A DNA stretch of 64,000 nt from Candidatus Hodarchaeota archaeon (GTDB lineage Archaea; Asgardarchaeota; Lokiarchaeia; Sigyniarchaeales; SOKP01). Shown piece after piece: positions 29,597 to 40,121 of the stretch. Each line of letters opens with the position of its first letter. Within the stretch, counting starts at the first letter, position 1. Under the pieces are notes generated by a model. The model had not been told where the DNA came from, searched no databases, and saw nothing but the letters and a program-made list of their open reading frames with translations. The stretch spans positions 71,532 through 135,531 of the forward strand of contig JBHLKM010000002.1 in NCBI GenBank assembly GCA_048886685.1. Reading direction: 5' to 3'. The position numbers and the translations under genes were made by a program.

Positions 29597-29995
29597 TTGA
29601 GGTGTATAAAGGTTTATTCAGATATAGTTCTTGATCACTTCAAGAATCCTAGAAATCAAGGAGAAATGAAGGATGCTGACGCCGTTGGAAAAGCAGGTTC
29701 TATAGAATGTGGGGATTTTATACATGTTTTTATTAAAGTAAAGGAAGAAGGTGGCCAAGAAATTTTAAATGACATTTCGTATGAAACTTTCGGTTGTGCC
29801 GCAGCTATCGCTTCTTCTAGCATGCTTACTGAAATGGCTAAGGGTAAACCTATAGAAGAAGCAGAAAAAATTACTAAAATGGAAATTGTTGATGCTTTAG
29901 GTGGTTTGCCTGAACCTAAAATTCACTGTAGCTTAATGGTGGCAGATGGGTTAAAAGAAGCAATAAAAGTATATCGTGAAAAGAAAAATAAATAA
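29597..29995 (+). CDS. iscU: Fe-S cluster scaffold IscU/NifU-N (copy 2)
   Basis: YSDIVLDHFKNPRN, ECGD, FGCAAAIA, LPEPKIHCS. Confidence 0.92.
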   Translation: MRCIKVYSDIVLDHFKNPRNQGEMKDADAVGKAGSIECGDFIHVFIKVKEEGGQEILNDISYETFGCAAAIASSSMLTEMAKGKPIEEAEKITKMEIVDALGGLPEPKIHCSLMVADGLKEAIKVYREKKNK

Positions 29996-30036
29996 AGCAA
30001 TTCACTTTATATATTGAATTCTTACCCTATAAATCC

Positions 30037-30798
30037 TTAAATTTCCACTGCATTGCTACCTTCAATGACTTTAACGTTAGAGATGTAAGGGATTTTTTGA
30101 ACTTCCGATAATAAGTCAACTTTCGATCCTGATTCTCTTGAAAATTCTCCACCTTTTTTGATGGTCAATAATTTTGTCTTTTGCTTAAAAGTAACTATGA
30201 AGCTAATACGATTGGTATTCTCATCTATCGAATCGATTCCTAGCATTGTATAATATTTCAAATGACGTACAAAGATAGGACTCAGGACTTCGACATAATC
30301 TTTAGAAACGGGAAAATCCAGTTCTAAAATATCTTGTGCTAAACCTTTCTGTCCGAATTTAGTATAAGTCATGAAGTACATTAAGAAACAACCAACACAA
30401 GTGAGCATGATGCCTACTATATAAAATCGAGTTCCGCAAGCCATTCCTACGGCCATTACAAAAAATATAAAACCAACATCCCTTGTTTCTTTTAGAGCAT
30501 TTCTGAATCTAACAATAGAAAGCGCTCCTACTAAGGTAAAAGCCCTTGCTATATCGGTCCCGATAATTATCATAATAATACCTACAATTACTCCCAATAA
30601 TACTAAAGTCTGAGTAAAATTTTGGGAATATGAGATACTTCGATGGGTTCCTCTATAGGTAATTCCGATAAGGATTGATAATATAATACTCCAAAAGAAG
30701 ACGATTATAACATCAGTCACTTCAATTGGACCTAGATTTGTACCTAGAGTAAAAAAAGAATCTTCAATGAATTTCTTGATAAAATCATTAAGCCACAT
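30037..30798 (-). CDS. DUF4956 family membrane protein
   Basis: YSQNFTQTL, ARAFTLVGALSIVRFRNALKETRDVGFIF...GMACG. Confidence 0.88.
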   Translation of the reverse strand: MWLNDFIKKFIEDSFFTLGTNLGPIEVTDVIIVFFWSIILSILIGITYRGTHRSISYSQNFTQTLVLLGVIVGIIMIIIGTDIARAFTLVGALSIVRFRNALKETRDVGFIFFVMAVGMACGTRFYIVGIMLTCVGCFLMYFMTYTKFGQKGLAQDILELDFPVSKDYVEVLSPIFVRHLKYYTMLGIDSIDENTNRISFIVTFKQKTKLLTIKKGGEFSRESGSKVDLLSEVQKIPYISNVKVIEGSNAVEI

Positions 30799-30869
30799 AT
30801 TTGTTGAATGTTCTTATTATTAAATTAAGTTTACTGTATTTGATTATCTATAAGTTTTTGTTTTTAACT

Positions 30870-31616
30870 TCAGAATAATGCATAAACTCTTGTTTTTTCT
30901 AGCCCATTCACAAATTTAGAAATTTTATATTGTAAACAATTATTATTTTGAAGAATTTTTATAGCCCAATTAGGAATATAGTTGTTGAATTTTACTTCCA
31001 TAATACAAACTCCTTTAGGGATAACAAATTTTGATCCTCCACCAAAATTTAGATCAAGATTATAATTTCTTACCATCACATTTGTGTCAAAAGTCAATCT
31101 AAAAGTTTTCTCAAGTTTTGATATAAATGGTTGTCTTTTATAGGAAACAATGCAAGCAGGTTTTAAATTACACTTTTTATAGAGAAACCAAATTTCATTT
31201 AGTGAATTTTTATCTTGAGCAGATGCTTTATCATAAAAACTGAGAGCTTCACTATTATTTTCATCCAAAATTCTTAAAGCACTATCAAGCGGAACAATAA
31301 CTCTTCTTTTTGCGACATTATCATTTATCTTCTTTTTAATTTCAATAAAAGCAAATTCATTCTTAACTTTAGTAAAATCAGGGTAATACCTAATCCTTAA
31401 TTTGTGTCTTATTGCGACTCCATTTATTTTTTCAAGAAATGAATGATGGAAATTAGAATCAAAATATAAACTTCTTACTTCATAATCATAATTATTTATA
31501 ACATGAGGATCTAATCTCATAAAAGGACGAATATAATCTTTTATTCTATCACGTTCTTTTAAGGAGATTTGATATTTTATTTCAAATCGGTTGAAGTATT
31601 TTTGAAATTTCTGGAT
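30870..31616 (-). CDS. VTC-domain (polyphosphate polymerase-like, CYTH fold) protein, probable ATC start at 31616
   Basis: (M)QKFQKYFNRFEIKY, SLYFD, KLRIRYY, IEIKKK, YKRQ, RLTFD, MEVKF, SKF. Confidence 0.88.
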   Translation of the reverse strand: MQKFQKYFNRFEIKYQISLKERDRIKDYIRPFMRLDPHVINNYDYEVRSLYFDSNFHHSFLEKINGVAIRHKLRIRYYPDFTKVKNEFAFIEIKKKINDNVAKRRVIVPLDSALRILDENNSEALSFYDKASAQDKNSLNEIWFLYKKCNLKPACIVSYKRQPFISKLEKTFRLTFDTNVMVRNYNLDLNFGGGSKFVIPKGVCIMEVKFNNYIPNWAIKILQNNNCLQYKISKFVNGLEKTRVYALF

Positions 31617-31645
31617 TGTTTAACACCAATTTTTTATATAGATTT

Positions 31646-34330
31646 TTATATTAGAGGAATTGACTGATTTACATATTGTTTTCGTCCTTCTAAAAAGTTT
31701 AATACGCGAGCTTTGTCATAGAGATACCAACCTAAAGGAACTTCCTCGGGATACCACAAAGCTACTTGGGGATTTGGAACAGGATCAGTAAAACTATATG
31801 GCTCAATGATCCAGGGTTCTATTCTATCAAACCAATTTTCTAGCTGTTCTTTTAACGGGGTTACATTATCTACAATCTTCTGATGTGAATTCTTATATGG
31901 ATCCTTAAAACCTAAGTCAGATTTATTTACCAAGTTATCCCAAAGGGGTCTTGGATACGGAGAAATCATTGCCCAATAACTTATAAAATTAAAGTATCCT
32001 AAATATCCTGAAAATAATGGAGCATACCGAAAATCGGGTGAGTAAGGTAAATTAAATCCGATTATAGATAAATTAGTTCCTATATTTAGGTTTTGCTCAA
32101 TGTCCCATGGTAAGAACACAAAACCAAAATTTGGGTCAGAATATAAAAAATAATTATGTGGAAGAAAAATGTAATCATCCCAATTACCTTGAAAATTACT
32201 CGCAGCAAAATATTTTGCGAGAAGGGTTAAGTTAATAACTTCATGGATATTGCTCCAATTATAATTAATATAATGAACAAATTTTTGCAAATCAGAATAA
32301 TCATCCAGTTCCTCATTAGTCCTTAATTCGTATACTCGGCGACCATCCCAAGTTAAAAAATCTTTTAAATCTCCCACATCTTCGAGAGTAGCCATTATAT
32401 CAGTAGTTTTATATAGATTTCCTTCTGGGCTTTTAAAGTTAAAACGAACAAATGTTTTGTCAATATCTTCTGTGAGTAAATACAATCCTATATATACTTT
32501 AGGGACAATGATATTACCTTTCTCGTCTGTTTTAGTTAAGTAAAGCTTTGCCCAGCTAACCCTTGGACATGGATAACAAAGAATATTATAAAGCTCATAA
32601 CCAGCAACTTCGTTCATTAATGAAAAATCAATTGGAGCAGCTCGTAAATTTAACCTTTTTAATCCTAGAAATCGTCTATCTTCATTATCTGGGAAATTTT
32701 TGTAAGAACCACCCCCTACATATAAGTCTGGTTCAGAAAATTTTAATTTGAAAGAATTTTTAGGATATAGATTATTATAATTACCACGAATTCGAAATCC
32801 TACGTTATCCATTGAATAATTATCGATTGAGATATCACAAGGCATATACAAGCGTTCTGTCCAACGATTACTATCATTTTTACGAATTAGAATATCATTG
32901 AAATAATCCCATTGAATTACAATACTAACTTCATGAATTTTATGAGCTGAAAATAGTTTTGATGATTTGTAGTATTGTCTTCTCGCAGTTGGATTGGAAA
33001 ATCCAAAAATTTCATCATCCTCTCGATATTTTGACGTAAAATTATCAGAAAAAATAGTATTTGGCTTATTAAGGATATCATCAATTAAGTTTACTCTAGT
33101 TATTATCCAATTTTCTATAGTATCGACCAAATCAGCGACAAAATCATTATCAGATGTAGCTCGAATAAGAGTAGTTTGGATTGGTATTCGAAGTTCACTA
33201 AAATACAAAATAAGATCATTAGAGTCCCAATAATTGGTACGAATATAACTCCAACGATTAACAATTTCAGATATAAACTTATTATTAATTGAAGAATTCT
33301 CAGGAAAAAGTAAACGATGGTATAGTTTACTCCACACGATTGAAGTTATTTCATGATTTTCTCTATTTAACCAAAGTTCAATCGGGATCCTGCCATCTTT
33401 GTAAAACCCCCAACTTTGAGCAAAATTCCAAGGGAGAAAAAAGAATCCTACTTCTGATTTTTGGTTTAATATTAGATAATATGAAGATCCCTCGATAATT
33501 TCATGCCCTACAAGTAAACCAAACAGGAGATTATCAATTATTGAAGATTTATCGAAGACTGTAAAAACACCGTTTTCCTTATTAAAAAATTCTTCTTCTG
33601 ATGCATTATGAATAAATTCCGTAAGATATTTGGAGACATGAGAGAAATCTAATATATTTGGGTACATTTGTTCCCATAAGGGGTCGATACTAGTAGGAGT
33701 ATTGTAAAAATCACCATTCCAATTAGTTGCTTTAAAAATCATATCGTTTTCTTCAGGATTATAAATATTTTCTTGCTCTAAATTCATCATCTTTCTGTCA
33801 ATCCTTTCACAGAGTAAATAAAGACCCTTATAATTTCCGTTTACAAAAACATCTATAAGTTTTGAGTGAGGAAGTCTATAATTTAAATTATTATCAGTTA
33901 TCATATTGAAGATATCAAATGCCATTTTAGTTCTAAGAGAATCTAAATACTTACCTTGAGGTAAAAGAAACCAATCATCATCATTACGAATTAGAAAGAG
34001 GTTTTCATTTTGGAATAATTCAAAAGAAAAACCTCCATCAGAATTCCTTTTTCTAATATTTGCGGCTAATTGACGATTTGCCCATCCGGATCCTACAAAT
34101 TCATTTGAAATAGGAGAAAATTTCAGAAAACATTGCTGAGAATAATTTGTTATTTCGCTTGAAACTTCAATATTAACACTTGGCACTTCGGGAGAATAAG
34201 TTATTGAACCTGTAATATCTTGGTATGAAAAATAGATAAAGGATGAAACAGTAATTGCTGAAATAATAATAAAAGGAATTAATTCTCTCTTGATTCTCGA
34301 TGGTTTTAATTTTTCAAGGCTATCTGGCAT
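31646..34330 (-). CDS. Membrane-anchored tandem CotH-kinase-family protein (two domains)
   Basis: N-terminal TM; domain 1 VNGNYKGLYLLCERID...PWNFAQSWG; domain 2 RIRGN, KNSFKLKF, GLYLLTEDID, NWDDY...HNYFLY, PWDIEQ. Confidence 0.85.
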   Translation of the reverse strand: MPDSLEKLKPSRIKRELIPFIIISAITVSSFIYFSYQDITGSITYSPEVPSVNIEVSSEITNYSQQCFLKFSPISNEFVGSGWANRQLAANIRKRNSDGGFSFELFQNENLFLIRNDDDWFLLPQGKYLDSLRTKMAFDIFNMITDNNLNYRLPHSKLIDVFVNGNYKGLYLLCERIDRKMMNLEQENIYNPEENDMIFKATNWNGDFYNTPTSIDPLWEQMYPNILDFSHVSKYLTEFIHNASEEEFFNKENGVFTVFDKSSIIDNLLFGLLVGHEIIEGSSYYLILNQKSEVGFFFLPWNFAQSWGFYKDGRIPIELWLNRENHEITSIVWSKLYHRLLFPENSSINNKFISEIVNRWSYIRTNYWDSNDLILYFSELRIPIQTTLIRATSDNDFVADLVDTIENWIITRVNLIDDILNKPNTIFSDNFTSKYREDDEIFGFSNPTARRQYYKSSKLFSAHKIHEVSIVIQWDYFNDILIRKNDSNRWTERLYMPCDISIDNYSMDNVGFRIRGNYNNLYPKNSFKLKFSEPDLYVGGGSYKNFPDNEDRRFLGLKRLNLRAAPIDFSLMNEVAGYELYNILCYPCPRVSWAKLYLTKTDEKGNIIVPKVYIGLYLLTEDIDKTFVRFNFKSPEGNLYKTTDIMATLEDVGDLKDFLTWDGRRVYELRTNEELDDYSDLQKFVHYINYNWSNIHEVINLTLLAKYFAASNFQGNWDDYIFLPHNYFLYSDPNFGFVFLPWDIEQNLNIGTNLSIIGFNLPYSPDFRYAPLFSGYLGYFNFISYWAMISPYPRPLWDNLVNKSDLGFKDPYKNSHQKIVDNVTPLKEQLENWFDRIEPWIIEPYSFTDPVPNPQVALWYPEEVPLGWYLYDKARVLNFLEGRKQYVNQSIPLI

Positions 34331-34541
34331 GTATAGTCCTTTATAATTTTAAAATTTTAAAATATTTTAGATATTAAAAAATTGTCCTTGAAACTAATTT
34401 ATTTTATCTTAACTTTTATAAATTTCTAATCAATTTACACAAAATCTACAAATAAAATAATATAAAAAATTTTCAAACTATAAACAAAATGTATATTTAC
34501 TCAACAGAGTATTCTATCATGATGATTAAAGGTGATTACAA

Positions 34542-37418
34542 ATAGAAACAGAGTCAATTGAAAAAGTTAAGATAAAGCTTGGTGGAATGACATGTGCAAA
34601 TTGTGCTTTTAAAATTGAAAATAAGTTAAAGGGATTAAAAGGTGTAAGCAGTTCAGTAGTTAATTTTGCTAGTGAAGAAGCAACTGTTGAATATAATCCC
34701 AACACGACAAATATTAATGATTTTAATCAAGCTATTCGAGATTTAGGATATAAAGCTACGTTAGCGAAGATTGATCTCAAAGTAATTGATTCAATTACAG
34801 AAAATAATTTTAACGATTTGGTTAATTCTGTAAAACAAATTGAAGGAATCCATGACATTAGGGGCAATTATAACGCAAATAAATTATTTATTGAATTTAA
34901 TGAATTAAAATTAGATGAAAATAGAATTATTACTAGCATTAAGAAATTAGGTTTCAAAATTGAGAAAACTGCTGGCGTAATAGATAAAGAAATTGAGCAG
35001 CATAAAAAAGAGATGAATTATCGTCTTCGAATTCTTGGAATCTCTTTAATTTTTACATTTATTATTACACCAATTAGTTGGTTTGTAGCAGAATCCTTTG
35101 CAAGAAATTTAATACTATTTTTCCTTGCGGTTTTTAATTATTCAGTTGCAGGTTCGTTTTTCTTAATAGGGGCTTACAAATCTCTTAAAAATAAATCAAC
35201 CAACATGGATGTATTGGTTGCTTTAGGAACAACAACAGCATTAGTATACTCCATTTTAACAACATTTCGAATTGAAGGGAAGACCTTCTATGAAGCAATG
35301 TCAATGATCTTATCTTTTCTTTTGGTAGGAAAGTATTTTGAACATAAAACAAAAGGTCAAACATCTGAAGCTATTAAGAAATTGATTGGTTTACAACCAA
35401 AAACAGCAACATTATTAAAAAGTGGTCAAGAAATAGAGATACCTATTGAAGAAATCGAAGTAGGTGACATATTATTAGTAAGACCAGGTGAAAAAATACC
35501 TGTTGATGGTAAAGTAATCAAGGGAAAGACCAAAGTAGATGAGTCTATGATTACAGGAGAAAGTAGATATATCAAGAAAGAAATTGAGAGTGAAGTAATT
35601 GGTGCGACAGTAAATCAGACCGGGTTGATTCAAATTCAAACTGAAAAAGTAGGAAAGGACACTCTTTTATTTCAAATTATTAATTTTGTAAAAGAAGCTC
35701 AAAGTAAAAAAGCTGCAAAACAACAGTTAGCAGATAAAGTTAGCAATTATTTTGTTCCTATTGTGGTTCTTATTGCTGTAGGTGCATTTCTTTATTGGTA
35801 CTTTATTGCACAAATAGGATTAGAATTATCATTATTAGTTTTTACTTCTATAGTTGTTATATCATGTCCATGTGCTCTTGGTTTGGCAATTCCGACAGCT
35901 GTAATGGTAGGAACTGGTAAAGGTGCTGAAAATGGTATATTATTAAAGGGAGGAGATTCTCTTGAAGCAATAAATACAATTAATACTATAGTTTTTGATA
36001 AGACTGGAACACTAACTGTTGGAAAACCCAGAGTTTCGGTAATATATACTGAAAAGGAATTAGAAGGCCAAGGTTATGATGAGAATGAATTGTTGCTTTT
36101 TGCGGGGAGTGCTGAAATGGGATCTGAACATCCACTTGGTAAGGCTATTATTGAAGAAGCAAACCAACGGGGATTAAATCTTGAAACGCCTACTGATTTT
36201 GATGCTATTCCAGGTAAAGGAATTAGAACTTTTGTTAAAAATAAGGCAATTTTAATTGGTAATGAAAAATTGATATTAGATTACCAAATCTCTTTAGACG
36301 CTTATAAGAGTAAGCATAATGAATTTCAACAACAAGGGATAACAACCATATTAATAAGTATTGAAAATAAAATCAGAGGAATTATTGGAATATCAGACAA
36401 ACTTAAGGATCAGGCTCCTTATGCATTAAATAAGTTGCGAGAAAGAGGATTAGACATTTATATGATTACTGGTGATAATAAACAAACTGCTTATAGCATT
36501 GGTCGAATGCTAGAAATAGATGAAGATCATATTTTAGCAGAAGTATTGCCAAATGATAAAGCGATAACAATACAGAAGCTTCAAGAATCAAGTGATCATA
36601 AAATTGTTGGCATGGTAGGAGATGGTATTAACGATGCTCCTGCTTTAGCGCAAGCAGATGTCGGGATTGCGATAGGATCTGGAACTGATGTAGCAATTGA
36701 AACAGCAGATATTGTATTGATGAGGGGTGACTTGCGTAATGTTGTCTCGGCTATTAATCTATCAAAAAAAACATATAAAAAAATGATTACAAATCTTTTT
36801 TGGGCATTTATTTATAATCTTATTGGAATTCCCATTGCTGCAGGAATCTTATATTATGCTACAGGGTTCTTTTTACCACCTTATTTAGCAGCAATTTTTA
36901 TGGCATCAAGTTCGGTTTCAGTAGTAACTAATGCTTTATTTCTAAAGAAGTATGAACCTAAAACACCTCAACAAATTGAAGAAGAAAGATTATTAATTTC
37001 TCAAGAAAAAGTGACAGATCCAGTATGTGGAATGGAACTAGATCCAAGGCGAGCAATTGAATACGAATATAATGATAAAATTTATCATTTCTGTAATCCT
37101 AACTGTGAAGCTCACTTCAAAAGAGATCCTGAAAGATTCAAAAATTACGATGCTATGGATCCAAAATTAATGCAAATGAAAAGTCCTGATGAAAGTGGAA
37201 AGGATGTAATTAAAAATGAAAATATTCAAAAAAAAGAGGAGGATAAAAAAATGGGTAAATTAAAATGTGTGGAGTGTGGATTAGAACAAGAACTTCCAAT
37301 GCATTGTGGACAAGCAATGCATAAAGAAGGTGATCAATTAGTCTGCTGGATGGGTGCTAGTTGTGGTACTCAACCAATTCCAGAACATCATGGTAAACCT
37401 ATGGAAGTTCTAGAATAG
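34542..37418 (+). CDS. copA: Cu(I)-translocating P1B-type ATPase with YHS/TRASH domain and C-terminal Cys/His domain; probable ATA start at 34542
   Basis: GMTCANC HMA domain, [26 protein letters not shown] and MASSS motifs, DPVCGM...FCNPNC, tail KCVECG...MHCG...CWMGASCG...HHG. Confidence 0.93.
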   Translation: METESIEKVKIKLGGMTCANCAFKIENKLKGLKGVSSSVVNFASEEATVEYNPNTTNINDFNQAIRDLGYKATLAKIDLKVIDSITENNFNDLVNSVKQIEGIHDIRGNYNANKLFIEFNELKLDENRIITSIKKLGFKIEKTAGVIDKEIEQHKKEMNYRLRILGISLIFTFIITPISWFVAESFARNLILFFLAVFNYSVAGSFFLIGAYKSLKNKSTNMDVLVALGTTTALVYSILTTFRIEGKTFYEAMSMILSFLLVGKYFEHKTKGQTSEAIKKLIGLQPKTATLLKSGQEIEIPIEEIEVGDILLVRPGEKIPVDGKVIKGKTKVDESMITGESRYIKKEIESEVIGATVNQTGLIQIQTEKVGKDTLLFQIINFVKEAQSKKAAKQQLADKVSNYFVPIVVLIAVGAFLYWYFIAQIGLELSLLVFTSIVVISCPCALGLAIPTAVMVGTGKGAENGILLKGGDSLEAINTINTIVFDKTGTLTVGKPRVSVIYTEKELEGQGYDENELLLFAGSAEMGSEHPLGKAIIEEANQRGLNLETPTDFDAIPGKGIRTFVKNKAILIGNEKLILDYQISLDAYKSKHNEFQQQGITTILISIENKIRGIIGISDKLKDQAPYALNKLRERGLDIYMITGDNKQTAYSIGRMLEIDEDHILAEVLPNDKAITIQKLQESSDHKIVGMVGDGINDAPALAQADVGIAIGSGTDVAIETADIVLMRGDLRNVVSAINLSKKTYKKMITNLFWAFIYNLIGIPIAAGILYYATGFFLPPYLAAIFMASSSVSVVTNALFLKKYEPKTPQQIEEERLLISQEKVTDPVCGMELDPRRAIEYEYNDKIYHFCNPNCEAHFKRDPERFKNYDAMDPKLMQMKSPDESGKDVIKNENIQKKEEDKKMGKLKCVECGLEQELPMHCGQAMHKEGDQLVCWMGASCGTQPIPEHHGKPMEVLE

Positions 37419-37438
37419 GAAAAACTGAAGGTGATGAC

Positions 37439-37621
37439 ATGAGCAGGTTAAAATTAAAATGCTGCAAATGTGGAAATATAATGGAAACACTTCCCAGCAG
37501 TAGTCGAGATATTATTATAGATGAAGAAAGTGGTGAAATGCTATATTGGAATGGTAAAAAATGTGGTTATAGACCTGCTGATTGCCTTGTATGCGATAAA
37601 TGTCAAGAAAAAGGTTGTTAA
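37439..37621 (+). CDS. Small Cys-rich metal-binding protein resembling the CopA tail
   Basis: GGTGA SD and ATG; KLKCCKCG...LP...WNGKKCG...CLVCDKC. Confidence 0.7.
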   Translation: MSRLKLKCCKCGNIMETLPSSSRDIIIDEESGEMLYWNGKKCGYRPADCLVCDKCQEKGC

Positions 37622-37725
37622 AATAAGGTTTTTCTTGATCCCATTTTTATAATTCATAAAATATAATTTTTAATACAAATCTAATCTATTATTTTCCAAT
37701 AATCAATAAGCAGAGATTAATAATT

Positions 37726-38724
37726 ATGAAATATTATTCAAATATTTTGAAATTGATCGGAAGAACACCCTTAGTTCGAATTGAAAAGAGTAATCCAAAT
37801 CCTAACGTATTATTACTAGCAAAATTAGAAAAATATAATCCTGCTGGATCAGTTAAGGATAGAATCGCAATTTCAATGATTGAGGAGGCTGAGAAAGAGG
37901 GTATTCTAACACCAGATAAAATAGTGATTGAGCCAAGTAGCGGTAATACAGGTATAGGTTTAGCATTAGTCTGCGCAGTGAAAGGATATCAATTGGAGAT
38001 TGTAATGCCTGAAACAATGTCTGTTGAAAGACGTAAAATCATGACTGCTTATGGTGCAAAAATAACATTAACTCCAGGAGAAGAGGGAATGAATGGAGCA
38101 CAAGATTACGTTAAAGAAACTGTTAAAAAAAAACCAGACAAATATTTCTTCCCAAACCAATTTGCTAATGAAAATAATCCTTTAGCACATTACAGATATA
38201 CTGCTGAAGAAATAATAGAAGATACCGACGGTGATATCGATGTATTTGTTGCGGGACTTGGCACCACAGGTACATTGATGGGTGTTTCAAGGCGTTTAAA
38301 AGAGCATAATCCTGATATTAAAATTATAGCTGTTGAACCCGAAGCAGAAGCACCCGTTCAAGGATTAAAGAATCTTGAAACATCCTACATACCAGATATA
38401 TATGACGAATCTCAAATAGATGAGAAAGTCTATATAAACATGGAAAATGCAGAACATGCATCAAGGATGCTTTCCCTCCAAGAAGGAATCTTCACAGGGA
38501 TAAGTTCTGGTGCAGCCATGCATGTAGCAATAGAAACTGCGAGAAAAATGAAATCTGGAACTATTGTTGTTTTATTGCCAGATGGAGGTGAGAAATATAT
38601 TAGTCATCCGATTTTCTATCCTGAAAAATGTCTAGAATGTACTAAAAAGTGTAAAATTATGACCCTATGGGATGATAAATATATTGCTTCCATATCTGAA
38701 TGGTGGGAAAATAAACCTGAATAA
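37726..38724 (+). CDS. cysK: Cysteine synthase (CysK/CysM, PLP-dependent)
   Basis: IGRTPLV, NPAGSVKDR, PSSGNTGIGLA, GLGTTGT, GISSGA, PDGGEKY. Confidence 0.88.
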   Translation: MKYYSNILKLIGRTPLVRIEKSNPNPNVLLLAKLEKYNPAGSVKDRIAISMIEEAEKEGILTPDKIVIEPSSGNTGIGLALVCAVKGYQLEIVMPETMSVERRKIMTAYGAKITLTPGEEGMNGAQDYVKETVKKKPDKYFFPNQFANENNPLAHYRYTAEEIIEDTDGDIDVFVAGLGTTGTLMGVSRRLKEHNPDIKIIAVEPEAEAPVQGLKNLETSYIPDIYDESQIDEKVYINMENAEHASRMLSLQEGIFTGISSGAAMHVAIETARKMKSGTIVVLLPDGGEKYISHPIFYPEKCLECTKKCKIMTLWDDKYIASISEWWENKPE

Positions 38725-38739
38725 TTGTCTATACTAACA

Positions 38740-40020
38740 TTACCTATTCTTATTAATTCTAATTTTCAACCATATTTCTAATAAAATAAAAATTATTAAT
38801 CCAATTAAGCAGAGGAATGCTCCAACAAGAAATGCACATTGATAGGCGAAGACTTCATTTTTTCCTTCATTTATCAGAATGTCAATTAAAGGACCACTTA
38901 TTAATGTACTCGCCGAACCCCATGATAGGAAAAATGTTGTGTTGTAAACTGCAAAAAGTTTACCTCTCATTCTTGCGGGAATTAAAACTGAAGCAATAGC
39001 ATATGAGGATGCATATATTATGACTTCTGCAGCTCCAATTAAAAATCCACCTATAAAAATAAGCTGTAAAATATTGGTAATTGCAGTTATTATCAATGCG
39101 ATAATCCCTATAGAAGTTCCAAGAATTAAAGCGCGAGAATGACCTAATTTGTTGCTCAAAAATCCCGCTGTAAATCCAATTATCATTACTGCTATTGAAC
39201 GCATATTAGCTATAAAGCTTAACATAATGCTATTCACATTGAATCCTGAATCTAAAGAAAGATATTGTGAATAAGGTACAGCTATGGAATTTCTCCCAAA
39301 ATTTATAAAAATCAAAGCCACTATGAATATTATAAAAAAGAATAAATTATTTCGATTTTTTTCTCCTTCATTCAATAAATTTTCTTTCTCTATTGCTTCT
39401 AAGTCAATACCACCCTCAGGTGCAAATAGCATTGGTATTGATGATATAAACATTACGAACGAAGCGACGAAGAACAGTGGCCCATTTCTGAACCCAAAAC
39501 CTGAGTCATAAAGTATTCCTCCTAGAAATATTCCAATTATACGTCCTAATCCTCCTAGGCTCGTTAGCTGTCCCATTATTTTACTACGTTTCTCATAAGG
39601 GTATAAATCGCTTATCAGAGCACTCCAACCAATATTAGACATCGACCAAAACATTTCGACAAAACTAAGACCAATAATTATTACATACCCTGCTACATAT
39701 AAGTTTTCGAAGGAGAAGTGTATGGCCCAAATAGTTATCGTTCCAGCACCTGCTAAAATTTCTCCAGTTATTATAAATGTTCGACGGCGTTGAAGCTTAT
39801 CACTTATTGGTCCCCACACTAAATTTTGAAAGATGACACTCATTATCATAGGTAAAGTAGCATATAAAGTAGTCTCCCAAACTGATAGGTTTAAGAATTC
39901 TTTTAAATAAATTGATAAAAATGTGTAAAATAAGCCTCTCCTAAACATAGCAAGCATTTGAAATGAAGATAAGCCGAAAAACACCTGAGTGGCTGAATAT
40001 GAATGTTCTTTAAAAGGCAC
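38740..40020 (-). CDS. MFS transporter
   Basis: About 12 TM helices; motif A-like GPISDKLQRRR and GFLSNKLGHSR. Confidence 0.88.
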   Translation of the reverse strand: MPFKEHSYSATQVFFGLSSFQMLAMFRRGLFYTFLSIYLKEFLNLSVWETTLYATLPMIMSVIFQNLVWGPISDKLQRRRTFIITGEILAGAGTITIWAIHFSFENLYVAGYVIIIGLSFVEMFWSMSNIGWSALISDLYPYEKRSKIMGQLTSLGGLGRIIGIFLGGILYDSGFGFRNGPLFFVASFVMFISSIPMLFAPEGGIDLEAIEKENLLNEGEKNRNNLFFFIIFIVALIFINFGRNSIAVPYSQYLSLDSGFNVNSIMLSFIANMRSIAVMIIGFTAGFLSNKLGHSRALILGTSIGIIALIITAITNILQLIFIGGFLIGAAEVIIYASSYAIASVLIPARMRGKLFAVYNTTFFLSWGSASTLISGPLIDILINEGKNEVFAYQCAFLVGAFLCLIGLIIFILLEIWLKIRINKNR

Positions 40021-40121
40021 TATATTCCTTTAAATCATATTTACTTTGATTAAATACTTGAAAGAAAGATATCTTCTAAATATTTTTATGAAGTTTTTGC
40101 TCAAAGTTGAGGAATTTAGAC

